Source: Pseudomonas aeruginosa (GTDB taxonomy: Bacteria; Pseudomonadota; Gammaproteobacteria; Pseudomonadales; Pseudomonadaceae). From it: a stretch of DNA of 32,000 nt. The notes beneath the pieces were generated by a model. It did no database searches, had not been told where the DNA came from, and was given only the letters and a program-made list of their open reading frames with translations. The stretch spans positions 4,440,001 to 4,472,000 of the forward strand of contig NZ_LN831024.1 in assembly GCF_001457615.1 (NCBI RefSeq), given 5' to 3'. This document shows, in pieces, positions 19,150 to 29,212 of this stretch. The position numbers and the translations under genes were made by a program. Within the stretch, counting starts at the first letter, position 1. Every line of letters starts with the position of its first letter.

Positions 19150-19824
19150 TCAGAAATATGGCGTCGGGTCGGAAATACCAGCCGCCGCGAAGCCATCCGC
19201 ACGCAGCCGGCAGCTATCGCATTTGCCGCACGCACGCCCCTGCTCATCGGCTTGATAACAGGACACCGTCAGGCCGTAATCCACCCCACGCGCCACGCCC
19301 GCCTGGATGATCTGCGCCTTGGACAGATACTGCAGCGGCGCCTGGATGCGGAAGCCATTGCCTTCCACGCCCGCCTTGGTTGCCAGATTCGCCATGCGTT
19401 CGAAAGCCTCGACGAACTCAGGGCGACAATCCGGATAACCAGAGTAATCCACCGCATTCACACCGATGAAGATGTCACGGGCATCCAGGACCTCGGCCCA
19501 GCCCAGGGCGAGCGAGAGGAACACCGTATTGCGCGCCGGCACGTAAGTCACCGGTATACCTTCGCTAGGCGACTCGGGCACCGCGATGCTCTCGTCGGTC
19601 AATGCCGAGCCGCCCATGCCATTGAGGTCGAGTCCTATCACCTTGTGCTCGATCACGCCCAACTGCCGGGCCACGCGCTCGGCGGCCTGCAGCTCGGCGC
19701 GATGGCGCTGGCCGTAGTCGAAACTCATGGTGTAGCAGGCGTAGCCGTCGGCCTTGGCCATGGCGACAACGGTGGCGGAGTCGAGGCCGCCGGAGAGCAG
19801 GATGACCGCTTTCTTCTGGTTCAT
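19150..19824 (-). CDS. queC: 7-cyano-7-deazaguanine synthase
   Basis: 224 aa with the PP-loop SGGLDS and the C-terminal Zn-binding cysteines CGKCDSC. Confidence 0.95.
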   Translation of the reverse strand: MNQKKAVILLSGGLDSATVVAMAKADGYACYTMSFDYGQRHRAELQAAERVARQLGVIEHKVIGLDLNGMGGSALTDESIAVPESPSEGIPVTYVPARNTVFLSLALGWAEVLDARDIFIGVNAVDYSGYPDCRPEFVEAFERMANLATKAGVEGNGFRIQAPLQYLSKAQIIQAGVARGVDYGLTVSCYQADEQGRACGKCDSCRLRADGFAAAGISDPTPYF

Positions 19825-19839
19825 GATGAATTCCTCGTC

Positions 19840-20487
19840 TCAATGGCCCGGTTCGTCGTTCCAGAGAATCTTGTGCAGTTGCAATTGCAGGCGGACCGGC
19901 AGGTTGTCGGCCACGATCCAATCGGCCAGTTCTCGCGCGCTGACCTGATGGTGGCTCGGCGAGAACAGGACTTCACCGGCACGCTGGTCGAGGCGGTACT
20001 CGATCAGCTTGGATACCGCCCAGTCGTAGTCCTCTCGCGAACAGACGACGAACTTCACCTGATCGTTGTCGGTCAGCAACGGGATATTTTCGTATCGGTT
20101 GCGTCCGACCTCGCCAGATCCCGGCGTCTTGAGGTCGAGAACCTTGCTTACGCGCGGGTCGACCCGTGACACGTCGAGAGCCCCGCTGGTTTCCAGGGAA
20201 ACCTCGTAGCCGGCGTCGCAGAGCCGTTCCAGCAGAGAGATGCAATTCGGCTGGGCCAGCGGCTCCCCGCCGGTCACGCAGATGTAGCGGGGCTTGTAGG
20301 CGGCAACCCGCTCGAAAATGGAGTCCAGGCTAACGACGTCGCCGCCGCTGAAGGCATAGGCGGTATCGCAATAGTGACAGCGCAAGGGGCAGCCGGTCAG
20401 GCGCACGAAGACCGTCGGCAAGCCGGCGGTACGTGTTTCCCCCTGCAACGAGTAGAAAATCTCGGTGATGCGCAGGGTCTGTTGCAT
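19840..20487 (-). CDS. queE: 7-carboxy-7-deazaguanine synthase (radical SAM)
   Basis: 215 aa from MQQTLRITEIFYSLQGE..., with the CPLRCHYC radical-SAM cluster motif. ATG at complement 20487 verified. The 49 codons upstream in the ORF track look non-coding. Confidence 0.9.
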   Translation of the reverse strand: MQQTLRITEIFYSLQGETRTAGLPTVFVRLTGCPLRCHYCDTAYAFSGGDVVSLDSIFERVAAYKPRYICVTGGEPLAQPNCISLLERLCDAGYEVSLETSGALDVSRVDPRVSKVLDLKTPGSGEVGRNRYENIPLLTDNDQVKFVVCSREDYDWAVSKLIEYRLDQRAGEVLFSPSHHQVSARELADWIVADNLPVRLQLQLHKILWNDEPGH

Positions 20488-20663
20488 ATTCAGCCACGGG
20501 CGTGACGACTGAACAGGTCGTCCGCCTCCGTTGCGGTAAATGAAGGAACGCCACGGGACGTATCCTGTCGTGGCGCTCGAAATCCCGGAAGGTCTCGCGT
20601 GGAGAGGCACGAAGATCAGCCGAGCTGAAACCATGCAGCTTCACGGGGGCGCCGATTCTAACG

Positions 20664-20689
20664 AAAAAACCCGCGACAGGCGCGGGTTT
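20664..20689 (-). terminator. Rho-independent terminator after cpoB/ybgF
   Basis: CCCGCG / 5-nt loop / CGCGGG stem (20670-20686), extended by A/T pairs. On the - strand it is followed by TTTTTT. Located 18 nt downstream of the cpoB stop. Confidence 0.75.
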
Positions 20690-20706
20690 GTTCATCGGGA
20701 ACGGGA

Positions 20707-21531
20707 TCAGCGAAGGTTCTTGAGATCGCGCTGCGCCAGTTGAGCGGCCGAAGTGCCTGGGTACTGGGAAATGACCTGCTGGAGGATACCCTTGGCCTTG
20801 TCGTTGTTACCCAGGCGACGCTCGACGTCCGCCAGCTTGTACAGAGAGTCGGGCACCTTCTGGCTGCTGGGGTAGCTCTGGCTGACCCGCGCGAAGGCCT
20901 GGCCGGCACCTTGCAGGTCGCCCTTGGCCAGGTTCACCTCGCCGAGCCAGTACTGGGCGTTGCCGGAGTACTGGCTGTTCGGGTACTTGCGCAAGAAGGC
21001 ATTGAACGCCTGGCTCGCCTTGTCGAAATCCTTGCTCTTTATCAGGTCGAAGGCCGCATCGTAGTAGAGCTTCTCCTTCGCCGGGTCGCCCGGCTCGCTG
21101 CTCGACGCCGGTGCGTTGTTGCCTGCGGGAGCCGCAGGCGCCCCATTGGCGTTGATGGCGCCAGCGGGTGCGGAATTCTGTGCAGCGGGAGCGCCACCAC
21201 CGGAAATCCGACGGTCGAGGTCCTGGTAGCGTTCCAGGCTTTCCTGCTTGAGCTGCTGGATCTGGTTCTGCTGCTCCTCGAGCGTGCCACGCAGGCGAGC
21301 CAACTCGTCCTGCATCTGCTGGAGCTGCATGAACAGTTCGCCCTGCACGGAGGTGGGGGTTGTCACCCCACCTCCGGCAAAGGCGCCGCCGGCACCTGCC
21401 GTGCCATACCCGGAAGGAGGAACGTTGCCGCCATTGTTGGCGGCAACGCCGTCATACACAGGAACTTCCGCCCAGGCCGCTAATGGCAGGCTGAGCGCGA
21501 GGAACGTCAGGACACGCAGGTGCTTGGGCAT
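20707..21531 (-). CDS. cpoB: Tol-Pal-associated cell division coordinator CpoB (YbgF), with TPR repeats
   Basis: 274 aa with the signal peptide MPKHLRVLTFLALSLPLAAWA, a coiled-coil region (QLQQMQDELARLRGTLEEQQNQIQQLK) and C-terminal TPR repeats. Sits directly downstream of oprL. Confidence 0.9.
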   Translation of the reverse strand: MPKHLRVLTFLALSLPLAAWAEVPVYDGVAANNGGNVPPSGYGTAGAGGAFAGGGVTTPTSVQGELFMQLQQMQDELARLRGTLEEQQNQIQQLKQESLERYQDLDRRISGGGAPAAQNSAPAGAINANGAPAAPAGNNAPASSSEPGDPAKEKLYYDAAFDLIKSKDFDKASQAFNAFLRKYPNSQYSGNAQYWLGEVNLAKGDLQGAGQAFARVSQSYPSSQKVPDSLYKLADVERRLGNNDKAKGILQQVISQYPGTSAAQLAQRDLKNLR

Positions 21532-21540
21532 AACGACTTC

Positions 21541-22047
21541 TTACTTCTTCAGCTCGACGCGACGGTTCTGAGCCCAGGACTGCTCGTCGTGGCCGGTAGC
21601 GACCGGACGCTCTTTACCATAGGAAACCAGTTCCAGCTGGGCCGGCGAAACGCCCTGCAGCACCAGGTAGCGCTGAACGGCCTTGGCACGACGCTCGCCC
21701 AGAGCCATGTTGTACTCGCGGGTGCCGCGTTCGTCGGTGTGGCCTTCCAGCACTACGCGCTGACCGCTGCCTTTCAGGTCTTTCGCGTGTACGTCCAGAG
21801 CGCGCATGGCTTCCGGCTTCAGGTCGGAGCTGTCGTACTCGAAGTAGAAGGTGGTGATCGCACGCAGAGCGGCTTCGTCGCTCAGGCTGCCGTCAACGGC
21901 ACCGCTGTTGGCGCCATAGCCTGCGTTCGGGTCGACGCCGCCATTGGCACCTTCACCGGAAGCATCGCCGCCCTTGGAGGAGCAACCCACAGCCACAGCC
22001 ATGGCCAGAGCCAGCGCAGCAAATTTGCCGAATTTCAGCATTTCCAT
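21541..22047 (-). CDS. oprL: Peptidoglycan-associated lipoprotein OprL (Pal)
   Basis: Lipobox AVAVGC|SS and an OmpA-like C-terminal domain (…NRRVELKK). TAGGAG lies 7 nt before ATG 22047. The adjacent ATG at 22050 is an alternative start. Confidence 0.95.
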   Translation of the reverse strand: MEMLKFGKFAALALAMAVAVGCSSKGGDASGEGANGGVDPNAGYGANSGAVDGSLSDEAALRAITTFYFEYDSSDLKPEAMRALDVHAKDLKGSGQRVVLEGHTDERGTREYNMALGERRAKAVQRYLVLQGVSPAQLELVSYGKERPVATGHDEQSWAQNRRVELKK

Positions 22048-22099
22048 CATGTAACTCCTAATGAACCCCAGTGTATAAGTTTGTAACCGTTGGCGACCG

Positions 22100-23398
22100 T
22101 CAGTTCAGGTAAGGGGACCAGGAAGGCTCGCGCACATCGCCCTGAGCGGTAGGGAGAGGTATCCGTACGCGTCCGTTGATGGATACGAGCATCAGCACGC
22201 CCCGGTCCTGCTGGCGGGTGGCGTAGATTAGCATGGTGCCATTGGGCGCAACAGTGGGCGAATCGTCCAGAGTGGTGTTCGACAGCACCCGCAGATTGCC
22301 GCGCTGGAGGTCCTGGGCGGCGATCTGGAAGTTGGTGTAGCCCTGCTGGCGGTGGACCATTACCAGGGTCTTCTCGTCGGCCGAGAGTTTCGGGTTGGCG
22401 TTGTAGTTGCCGATGAAGGTTACCCGGTCCACGGCACCGCTGTTCACGTTCATTTTGTAGATCTGCGGCTTGCCGCCACGGTCCGAGGTGAAGTACAGGG
22501 TAGAGCCGTCCTTGCCCCAGAAGGGTTCGGTATCGATCGCCAGGTTGTTGGTCAGGCGGCGCAGGGCGCGGCTGCCAAGGTCCATGACGTAGATTTCCGG
22601 GTTGCCGTCGCGCGACAGGACGAAGGCCAGGCGGTTGCCGTCAGGGGAGAATGCCGGAGCGCCATTCAGGCCCTCGAAATTGGTGATCTGCTCACGACGG
22701 CCAGTATCGACGTACTGGATGAAGATACGCGGGCGCTTCTGTTCGAAGGAGACATAGGCGATACGGCGGCCATCGGGCGAGAAGCGCGGCGACACGATGG
22801 GCTCGCGCGACTGCAGCAGGGTCACCGGGCGGGCGCCGTCGTAGTCGGAGCGCTGCAAGGTGTAGCGGGTGTTGTCGACCGAGAAACGCTCGGCGGTGAC
22901 ATAGAGCATCTTGGTGGAGAACGCGCCCTTGATACCGGTGAGCTTCTCGAACGACTGGTCGGCGATGTAGTGCGACATGTCGCGGAGCTGATCGGTGCTG
23001 CCGGTCACGCTGCCGGTCAGGACCTGCTGCTCGGTGCCGACATCGAACAATGCGTACTGCACCTGCAGGCGTCCGCCGGCAGGCACGATGTTGCCGACCA
23101 TCACGTAGTTGACGCCAACTGCCTTCCAGTCACGGAAGATCACTTCGCTGGCCTGCGCCGGCTGGCTGATCATGTTCTGCCGGGGCAGCGGCTCGAAGTA
23201 GCCGGAGTTGCGCAGGTCGTTGCCGATGATATTGGACATGTCTTCCGGCAACACGTTGCCCCCCTGGAAGCCGAACGGCACCACGGCGATGGGAATGGCA
23301 CGGTCGTTACCGCTGGAGATCACCAGCGGGTCGGCAGCCTGCGCAGCACCTGCCACCAGGGCCAGGGCGAACAGCGCAATGCGAATCAGGGTACTCAC
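22100..23398 (-). CDS. tolB: Tol-Pal system periplasmic beta-propeller protein TolB
   Basis: 432 aa with a signal peptide and repeated …SPDG…A(F/Y)VS… propeller motifs. Conserved operon position. Confidence 0.96.
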   Translation of the reverse strand: MSTLIRIALFALALVAGAAQAADPLVISSGNDRAIPIAVVPFGFQGGNVLPEDMSNIIGNDLRNSGYFEPLPRQNMISQPAQASEVIFRDWKAVGVNYVMVGNIVPAGGRLQVQYALFDVGTEQQVLTGSVTGSTDQLRDMSHYIADQSFEKLTGIKGAFSTKMLYVTAERFSVDNTRYTLQRSDYDGARPVTLLQSREPIVSPRFSPDGRRIAYVSFEQKRPRIFIQYVDTGRREQITNFEGLNGAPAFSPDGNRLAFVLSRDGNPEIYVMDLGSRALRRLTNNLAIDTEPFWGKDGSTLYFTSDRGGKPQIYKMNVNSGAVDRVTFIGNYNANPKLSADEKTLVMVHRQQGYTNFQIAAQDLQRGNLRVLSNTTLDDSPTVAPNGTMLIYATRQQDRGVLMLVSINGRVRIPLPTAQGDVREPSWSPYLN

Positions 23399-24438
23399 AG
23401 ACTCAAATCCTCCGGTTTAAAGATGATGCGGCGCTGACGATACAGGCTGTCGAAGGTAGCCCGCGGCAATTGCTGCATCTCGGGAATACGGCCGACGTTG
23501 CGCACCGCCGCCACCGCCGAACTGTCGAAAGGCTTGTCGCCACTCGAACGGCTGACGCTGGCATTGGTGATGGTACCGTCCGGCAGCATTTCGATCAGTA
23601 CTTCTACGCTCATTCCATTACGCGCCGATGGAGGACGCCGCCACTGCTGGCTCACCAGGTTGACGATCAGGTCGTCGAGACTGCCGGTGACCTCGCTGCC
23701 CACCTCGTCGGCCAGGGCCTGCTGGCGCTCGGTCGTATCCGAAAGCAACTCGGCCAATGCCTGCGCCTTCTTGTCCTCGGCAGCCTTGCGGGCTGCCGCG
23801 GCAGCGGCGGCGGCCTTTTTCTTGGCGGCCTCGACGGCGGCTTTCTTCTTCGCCGCTTCCGCAGCAGCCTTCTTCTTGGCCTCCTCGGCCGCTTTCTTCT
23901 TCGCGTCCTCGGCTGCCTTTTTCTTGGCGTCCTCAGCGGCCTTTTTCTTGGCCTCGTCCTCGGCGCGCTTCTTGGCTATGTCAGCCTGCTTCTTCTGTTC
24001 GGCGGCCTTGGCCTCGGCAGCTTTCTTGGCTTCATCGGCCTTTTTCGCCTCGGCGGCTTTCTGGGCCTCGGCCTTTCGAGCCTCGTCAGCCTTCTTTTGT
24101 TCCGCCGCTTTCGCAGCAGCGACCTGCTGCTGTTCCAGCTTTTGTTGCTCGAGTTTCTGCTGCTCGAGCTTCTTCTGTTCGAGCTGCTCGACTTCGTATT
24201 GCTTGGAGGCGGTCTTCTTCGCCTCGCCAGCGATCTTCTGGTTGGTCTGGGTCGTCGCCTGGCTCTTCGACTTGAGCTGGTAGAGCGTGGCCTGCACGAT
24301 CGGCTTGGAGGGAGGAAGCTCCGGAGCAAACGCCCAGCTGACGAACAGCATGGCGAAGATCAGAACGTGCAGGACCACCGCCAGGACGACGGGCCAGAAA
24401 TAACTCTCGGAAGGCGAGCGCTCGAACTGTTGCTTCAA
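23395..24438 (-). CDS. tolA: Tol-Pal system protein TolA
   Basis: 347 aa with an N-terminal transmembrane helix, a long Lys/Ala/Glu-rich helical domain II and a C-terminal globular domain. Its stop overlaps the tolB start by 4 nt. Confidence 0.95.
   Translation of the reverse strand: MKQQFERSPSESYFWPVVLAVVLHVLIFAMLFVSWAFAPELPPSKPIVQATLYQLKSKSQATTQTNQKIAGEAKKTASKQYEVEQLEQKKLEQQKLEQQKLEQQQVAAAKAAEQKKADEARKAEAQKAAEAKKADEAKKAAEAKAAEQKKQADIAKKRAEDEAKKKAAEDAKKKAAEDAKKKAAEEAKKKAAAEAAKKKAAVEAAKKKAAAAAAAARKAAEDKKAQALAELLSDTTERQQALADEVGSEVTGSLDDLIVNLVSQQWRRPPSARNGMSVEVLIEMLPDGTITNASVSRSSGDKPFDSSAVAAVRNVGRIPEMQQLPRATFDSLYRQRRIIFKPEDLSL
23773..24189 (-). repeat. Low-complexity coding repeats in TolA domain II
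   Basis: Peptide repeats LEQQK x3, [16 protein letters not shown] x3-4, EAAKKKAA x2 and poly-Ala. Matching imperfect tandem DNA repeats (CTTCTTGGCCTCCTCGGC-type units) are visible on the + strand. Confidence 0.75.
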
Positions 24439-24440
24439 GA

Positions 24441-24881
24441 TCAGGGGGCCTCGGTAATCAACCCGACGTTGGGCACACCGGCCTGCTGCAAGGCACCCAT
24501 GGCGCCAACCACCGCACCATAGTTCACCGCCTTGTCGCCGCGGATGAATACCTGGGTGTCCGGACGGGCACTCATGATCTTGGTGACTGCATCGGTCATC
24601 TGTTCCAACGACACGGCACTATCGGTCTGTTTTTCAGTATCCACTTCGCTGCCGACGTTCCAGTAATAGGAACCGTCGGCCTTCACCGAAAGGGTCAGGA
24701 CCTGCTTGTTGTTGTCCTGAGGCAACGCCTCGCTGGACACCTTCGGCAGGTCGACCTTGACCCCCTGGTTGAGCATCGGTGCGGTCACCATGAAAATCAC
24801 CAGCAGTACCAGCATCACGTCGATGTAAGGCACTACGTTCATTTCCGCGACCGGCTTGCGCTTGTGACGAACCCTTGCCAT
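24441..24881 (-). CDS. tolR: Tol-Pal system protein TolR (ExbD family)
   Basis: 146 aa. N-terminal …MNVVPYIDVMLVLLVIFMV… is the typical ExbD/TolR transmembrane segment with the conserved Asp. Confidence 0.95.
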   Translation of the reverse strand: MARVRHKRKPVAEMNVVPYIDVMLVLLVIFMVTAPMLNQGVKVDLPKVSSEALPQDNNKQVLTLSVKADGSYYWNVGSEVDTEKQTDSAVSLEQMTDAVTKIMSARPDTQVFIRGDKAVNYGAVVGAMGALQQAGVPNVGLITEAP

Positions 24882-24903
24882 ATCGGCTTACCTCTCAGTC
24901 GTC

Positions 24904-25599
24904 TTAGTCGTCGCTGGTGTGCACCTTGCGGTGCAGGATGGCCTGGAACTCGTCGGCGAAGGTGTAGTAACGACCGATCAGCATCTCAGAACGTGCGGAG
25001 AAGCGGTTGTAGGCGATGACCGCCGGGATCGCGGCGAACAGGCCGATGGCGGTAGCGATCAGCGCTTCGGCGATACCCGGGGCGACGGTGGCCAGGGTTG
25101 CCTGCTGCACGGTGGCCAGGCCACGGAAGGAGTTCATGATACCCCAGACGGTACCGAACAGGCCGACGTACGGGCTGGTGGAACCGACGGTTGCCAGGAA
25201 TGGCAGGCTGGCTTCGAGTTTCTCCTCCTCACGGGAGATGGCCACACGCATGGCGCGCGCCACGCCCTCCATCACCGCATCGGGATCGACGCCGGGCTGC
25301 TGGCGCAGACGGGAAAACTCCTTGAAGCCGGCACGGAAGATCTGCTCGACGCCGGAGTCCGGGTCCGGATTGCTACCGGCCTGGCGGTACAGCTTGGACA
25401 GGTCGATGCCCGACCAGAAGCGTTCTTCGAAAGCATCCAGTGCCTTCTTGGCGGCGCGCATGGCATTGCCGCGCTGGAAAATCATGATCCAGGATGTGAC
25501 CGAGGCGGCCACGAGGGTCAGCATGACCAGCTGCACCACGATACTGGCGTTGCTGATCAGGCTCCACATGGAGGTATGGTCGACGACGTTCGGTTCCAC
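24904..25599 (-). CDS. tolQ: Tol-Pal system protein TolQ (ExbB/MotA family)
   Basis: 231 aa from GTG at 25599 (VEPNVVDHTSMWSLI…), with AGGAGA 5 nt upstream. The ORF-track ATG at 25668 would overlap ybgC by about 70 nt. Confidence 0.92.
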   Translation of the reverse strand: MEPNVVDHTSMWSLISNASIVVQLVMLTLVAASVTSWIMIFQRGNAMRAAKKALDAFEERFWSGIDLSKLYRQAGSNPDPDSGVEQIFRAGFKEFSRLRQQPGVDPDAVMEGVARAMRVAISREEEKLEASLPFLATVGSTSPYVGLFGTVWGIMNSFRGLATVQQATLATVAPGIAEALIATAIGLFAAIPAVIAYNRFSARSEMLIGRYYTFADEFQAILHRKVHTSDD

Positions 25600-25600
25600 T

Positions 25601-26050
<450 letters not shown>

Positions 26051-26099
26051 CTAGAACCAAGTCCCGGCTTTGCCAATCGGCAATCGCCCACAAATGCAA

Positions 26100-27158
26100 T
26101 TAATTACCATCTTCAGACGTGAACAGATCCGTCGTCACCCCCGGCCCCAACCTTTTCGGAATATTCAGGCCAAAGTGCAGGTACGCATGGCGTGTTACCA
26201 CGCGCCCCCGCGGTGTCCGCATGATGTAGCCCTGCTGGATCAGATAGGGCTCCAGTACATCTTCGATCGTGTGCCGCTCCTCGCTCAACGCCGCAGCCAA
26301 GTTGTCGATTCCTACAGGCCCGCCATCGAACTTGTCGATCATGGTCAGCAACAGACGACGGTCGAGGTGGTCGAAGCCACGCTCGTCGACATCGAGCAGG
26401 TTCAATGCCTTGTCGGCGATCACCCGGGTAATGTCGCCCTGCCCCCGGACCTCGGCGAAGTCGCGTACCCGGCGCAGCAGGCGATTGGCGATTCGCGGCG
26501 TACCGCGGGCGCGCTTGGCGATTTCCGCCGCGCCCTGCGGCTCGATCTCCAGGCCGAGAATGCCGGCCGACCGACTGACGATGGTCGCCAGGTCCTCGAC
26601 GTTGTAGAACTCCAGGCGCTGGACGATACCGAAGCGATCGCGCAGTGGATTGGTCAGCATGCCGGCACGGGTGGTCGCGCCGACCAGGGTGAACGGCGGC
26701 AGGTCCAGCTTGATGGAGCGGGCCGCGGGCCCTTCGCCGATCATGATGTCCAGCTGGAAATCTTCCATGGCCGGATACAGCACTTCTTCGACGATGGGCG
26801 AAAGACGGTGGATCTCGTCGACGAACAGGACGTCGCCGGCCTCCAGGTTGGTCAGCAACGCGGCGAGATCGCCGGGACGCTCGAGCACCGGCCCGGAAGT
26901 ACTCTTGATGGAAACGCCCATTTCCTGGGCGATGATATTCGCCAGGGTCGTCTTGCCCAGCCCCGGCGGACCGAAGATCAGCGTATGGTCGAGCGCCTCC
27001 TGGCGGCCGCGCGCGGCATGGATGAACAGCTCCATCTGCTCGCGCACGCTGGGCTGGCCGATGTAGTCGGCCAGCTTCAGCGGGCGAATGGCACGGTCCA
27101 GCTGCTCATCGCGTTCGCGACCGGAAACGGCGGATATGAGGCGATCAGGCTCGATCAT
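26100..27158 (-). CDS. ruvB: Holliday junction branch-migration ATPase RuvB
   Basis: 352 aa with Walker [10 protein letters not shown] and the AAA+ motif DEIHRL. Confidence 0.97.
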   Translation of the reverse strand: MIEPDRLISAVSGRERDEQLDRAIRPLKLADYIGQPSVREQMELFIHAARGRQEALDHTLIFGPPGLGKTTLANIIAQEMGVSIKSTSGPVLERPGDLAALLTNLEAGDVLFVDEIHRLSPIVEEVLYPAMEDFQLDIMIGEGPAARSIKLDLPPFTLVGATTRAGMLTNPLRDRFGIVQRLEFYNVEDLATIVSRSAGILGLEIEPQGAAEIAKRARGTPRIANRLLRRVRDFAEVRGQGDITRVIADKALNLLDVDERGFDHLDRRLLLTMIDKFDGGPVGIDNLAAALSEERHTIEDVLEPYLIQQGYIMRTPRGRVVTRHAYLHFGLNIPKRLGPGVTTDLFTSEDGN

Positions 27159-27168
27159 CGGGCGCCAC

Positions 27169-27774
27169 CTAGACCATGCCCTTCAGGGCCTGGCGGATCA
27201 TTTCTTCGCTGGACAAATCCTCTCCCGGTACGGCTGCGACGGCACGACTGGCTTCCTGTGGCTTGAAGCCGAGGGCGATCAGCGCGCTGACTGCATCGGC
27301 CTCGGCGCTTGAGACTGTAGCGCTGGCACGGGGTTCCATCACCAACGGTGCAATCGTGGGCATGTTTTCCCAAGCCTTGAAGCGGTCCTTCAACTCCACC
27401 AGCAGGCGCTCGGCGGTCTTCTTGCCAACACCGGGGATCTTCACCAGGGTGGAGGTGTCCTGTGCCTGGACGCAACGCACCAGTTCGTCCACTTCCAGGC
27501 CCGACATCAGCGCCAGGGCCAGTTTCGGACCCACGCCGTTGAGCCGGATCAGCTCACGGAACAGCTCTCGCTCGCGCTTTTCGGCGAAGCCATAGAGCAA
27601 GTGCGCATCCTCACGCACAACCAGATGGGTATGCAAGGTCACCGGCTCGCCCAGCGAAGGCAACCGATAGAGGGTCGTCATCGGCACTTCCACTTCATAG
27701 CCGACGCCATTCACATCGAGGATCAGGTGTGGCGGCTGTTTCTCCGCCAGGGTGCCACGCAAGCGTCCGATCAC
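27169..27774 (-). CDS. ruvA: Holliday junction DNA-binding protein RuvA
   Basis: 201 aa starting MIGRLRGTL…, with HhH motifs ([26 protein letters not shown]). Confidence 0.97.
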   Translation of the reverse strand: MIGRLRGTLAEKQPPHLILDVNGVGYEVEVPMTTLYRLPSLGEPVTLHTHLVVREDAHLLYGFAEKRERELFRELIRLNGVGPKLALALMSGLEVDELVRCVQAQDTSTLVKIPGVGKKTAERLLVELKDRFKAWENMPTIAPLVMEPRASATVSSAEADAVSALIALGFKPQEASRAVAAVPGEDLSSEEMIRQALKGMV

Positions 27775-27790
27775 GAAGAGCTTTCCTTAT

Positions 27791-28315
27791 TCAAAGACGC
27801 AGGCGCCCGCCACGTCGGCGTGCGCCCACCAGGCCATGGGGGACCAGACTCTGTTGGGTATGGGCATGACACAGGGCGATGGCCAGGGCGTCGGAAGCAT
27901 CTATCTGCGGTTTCTGGGTCAGCTTCAACAGATGCATGACCATCATCTGCACCTGCTGCTTGTCTGCACCGCCGGTCCCCACGACTGCCTGCTTGACCTG
28001 CGAGGCGGTGTACTCCGCCACGCTCAACCCCTCCTCCATTGCCGCGACGATGGCCGCCCCCCGCGCCTGCCCCAGCTTCAGGGCCGAATCGGCGTTGCGC
28101 GCCATGAACACCTGCTCGATGCTCAGGGCCGTCGGGCCATGGGTGCGGATCACCTCGCGGACGCTGCGAAACACCACGTGTAGACGCTCGTGCAAGGGGC
28201 CATTACCGGTCCGTATACATCCGGACGCCACGTATTCGCAACCGCGCGCCGTTTCCCGCACCACGCCGAAGCCGGTGATGCGCGAGCCCGGGTCAATCCC
28301 TAGAATCAAAGTCAT
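27791..28315 (-). CDS. ruvC: Holliday junction resolvase RuvC
   Basis: 174 aa. [19 protein letters not shown] is the typical RuvC N-terminus with the catalytic Asp. Confidence 0.97.
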   Translation of the reverse strand: MTLILGIDPGSRITGFGVVRETARGCEYVASGCIRTGNGPLHERLHVVFRSVREVIRTHGPTALSIEQVFMARNADSALKLGQARGAAIVAAMEEGLSVAEYTASQVKQAVVGTGGADKQQVQMMVMHLLKLTQKPQIDASDALAIALCHAHTQQSLVPHGLVGARRRGGRLRL

Positions 28316-28326
28316 AAGCTGGATAC

Positions 28327-28377
28327 TAAAAGCCGGAAGCGGGGTTCGAACGCATCAAGCGTACCCCACTTCCGGCT
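28327..28377 (-). terminator. Long imperfect hairpin, candidate terminator between pmpR and ruvC
   Basis: AGCCGGAAGcGGGGT (28331-28345) pairs with ACCCCaCTTCCGGCT (28363-28377): 14 bp with one mismatch and a 17-nt loop. On the - strand it is followed by TTT(T)AGTATCC. Confidence 0.5.
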
Positions 28378-28399
28378 TCGCGTTATCGCTCCGATCGGC

Positions 28400-29146
28400 T
28401 CAGCCGAGCTGCGCCATCACGTCGTCCGGGATATCGGCATTGGAATAGACGTTCTGCACGTCGTCCAGGTCCTCGAGCATGTCGATCAGCTTGAGCACCT
28501 TCTGCGCGGTTTCCAGGTCCAGGGTCGCGGTGGTCGAAGGGATCATGGTGACTTCGGCTTCGTCGCCCTTGAATCCGGCGGCGGCCAGCGCCTCGTTCAC
28601 CGAAATGAAGTCGGCGAAGGTGGTGAACACGTCGATGGAGCCATCGTCGTTGACTACCACGTCATCGGCGCCAGCCTCCAGGGCCGCATCCATCAGCGCT
28701 TCCTCGTCCACGCCGGGAGCGAAGCTGATCTGTCCCTTGCGCTCGAACATGTAGGCGACCGAACCATCGGTGCCCAGGTTGCCGCCACACTTGCTGAAGG
28801 CATGACGCACTTCGGCAGCGGTACGGTTGCGGTTGTCGGTCATCGCCTCGACGATGATCGCTACGCCGCTCGGCGCATAACCTTCATAGGAAAGCTCGAC
28901 CATGTTGTCGGCATCGTTGGAGCCGACGCCGCGCGCAATGGCACGATCGATGGTATCGCGGGTCATGTTGGCGGTCAGCGCCTTGTCCACGGCCAGGCGC
29001 AGACGCGGGTTGTCCGCCGGGACGCCGCCGCCCTGCCTTGCAGCGACGGTCAGCTCACGGATCAGCTTGGTAAAGATCTTGCCTTTCTTGGCATCTTGCC
29101 GCTCTTTGCGGTGCTTGATGTTGGCCCATTTAGAATGACCAGCCAT
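28400..29146 (-). CDS. pmpR: YebC/PmpR-family transcriptional regulator
   Basis: 248 aa with the N-terminus [14 protein letters not shown] diagnostic of the YebC family. The P. aeruginosa orthologue (PA0964) was published as PmpR, a negative regulator of pqsR. Confidence 0.93.
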   Translation of the reverse strand: MAGHSKWANIKHRKERQDAKKGKIFTKLIRELTVAARQGGGVPADNPRLRLAVDKALTANMTRDTIDRAIARGVGSNDADNMVELSYEGYAPSGVAIIVEAMTDNRNRTAAEVRHAFSKCGGNLGTDGSVAYMFERKGQISFAPGVDEEALMDAALEAGADDVVVNDDGSIDVFTTFADFISVNEALAAAGFKGDEAEVTMIPSTTATLDLETAQKVLKLIDMLEDLDDVQNVYSNADIPDDVMAQLG

Positions 29147-29173
29147 AACTCACTCCGTATTGCTCTCTCGGCA

Positions 29174-29197
29174 GGAGGCGCCGCAAGCGGCGCCTCC
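29174..29197 (-). terminator. GC-rich hairpin downstream of aspS, with no clear U-tract
   Basis: GGAGGCGCCG / CAAG / CGGCGCCTCC, a perfect 10-bp stem located 16 nt after the aspS stop and about 28 nt before the pmpR ATG. Confidence 0.4.
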
Positions 29198-29212
29198 GCG
29201 GGTTGATTCGAA

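Noticed and set aside
20488-20663. Possible preQ1 riboswitch or other leader element upstream of queE. The region contains a CGCCACG…CGTGGCG hairpin.
   Set aside because: I could not find the small preQ1-I/II aptamer signature (a short hairpin followed by an A-rich tail containing the conserved ACUA-type element). This is not a lineage in which I know queE or queC to be riboswitch-controlled. A covariance-model scan (Rfam preQ1 families) would settle it.
23773-24189. The repetitive DNA was considered as a possible CRISPR array or other non-coding repeat array.
   Set aside because: The repeats are short, imperfect, in frame and lie inside the tolA coding sequence. There is no repeat-spacer architecture and there are no cas genes.
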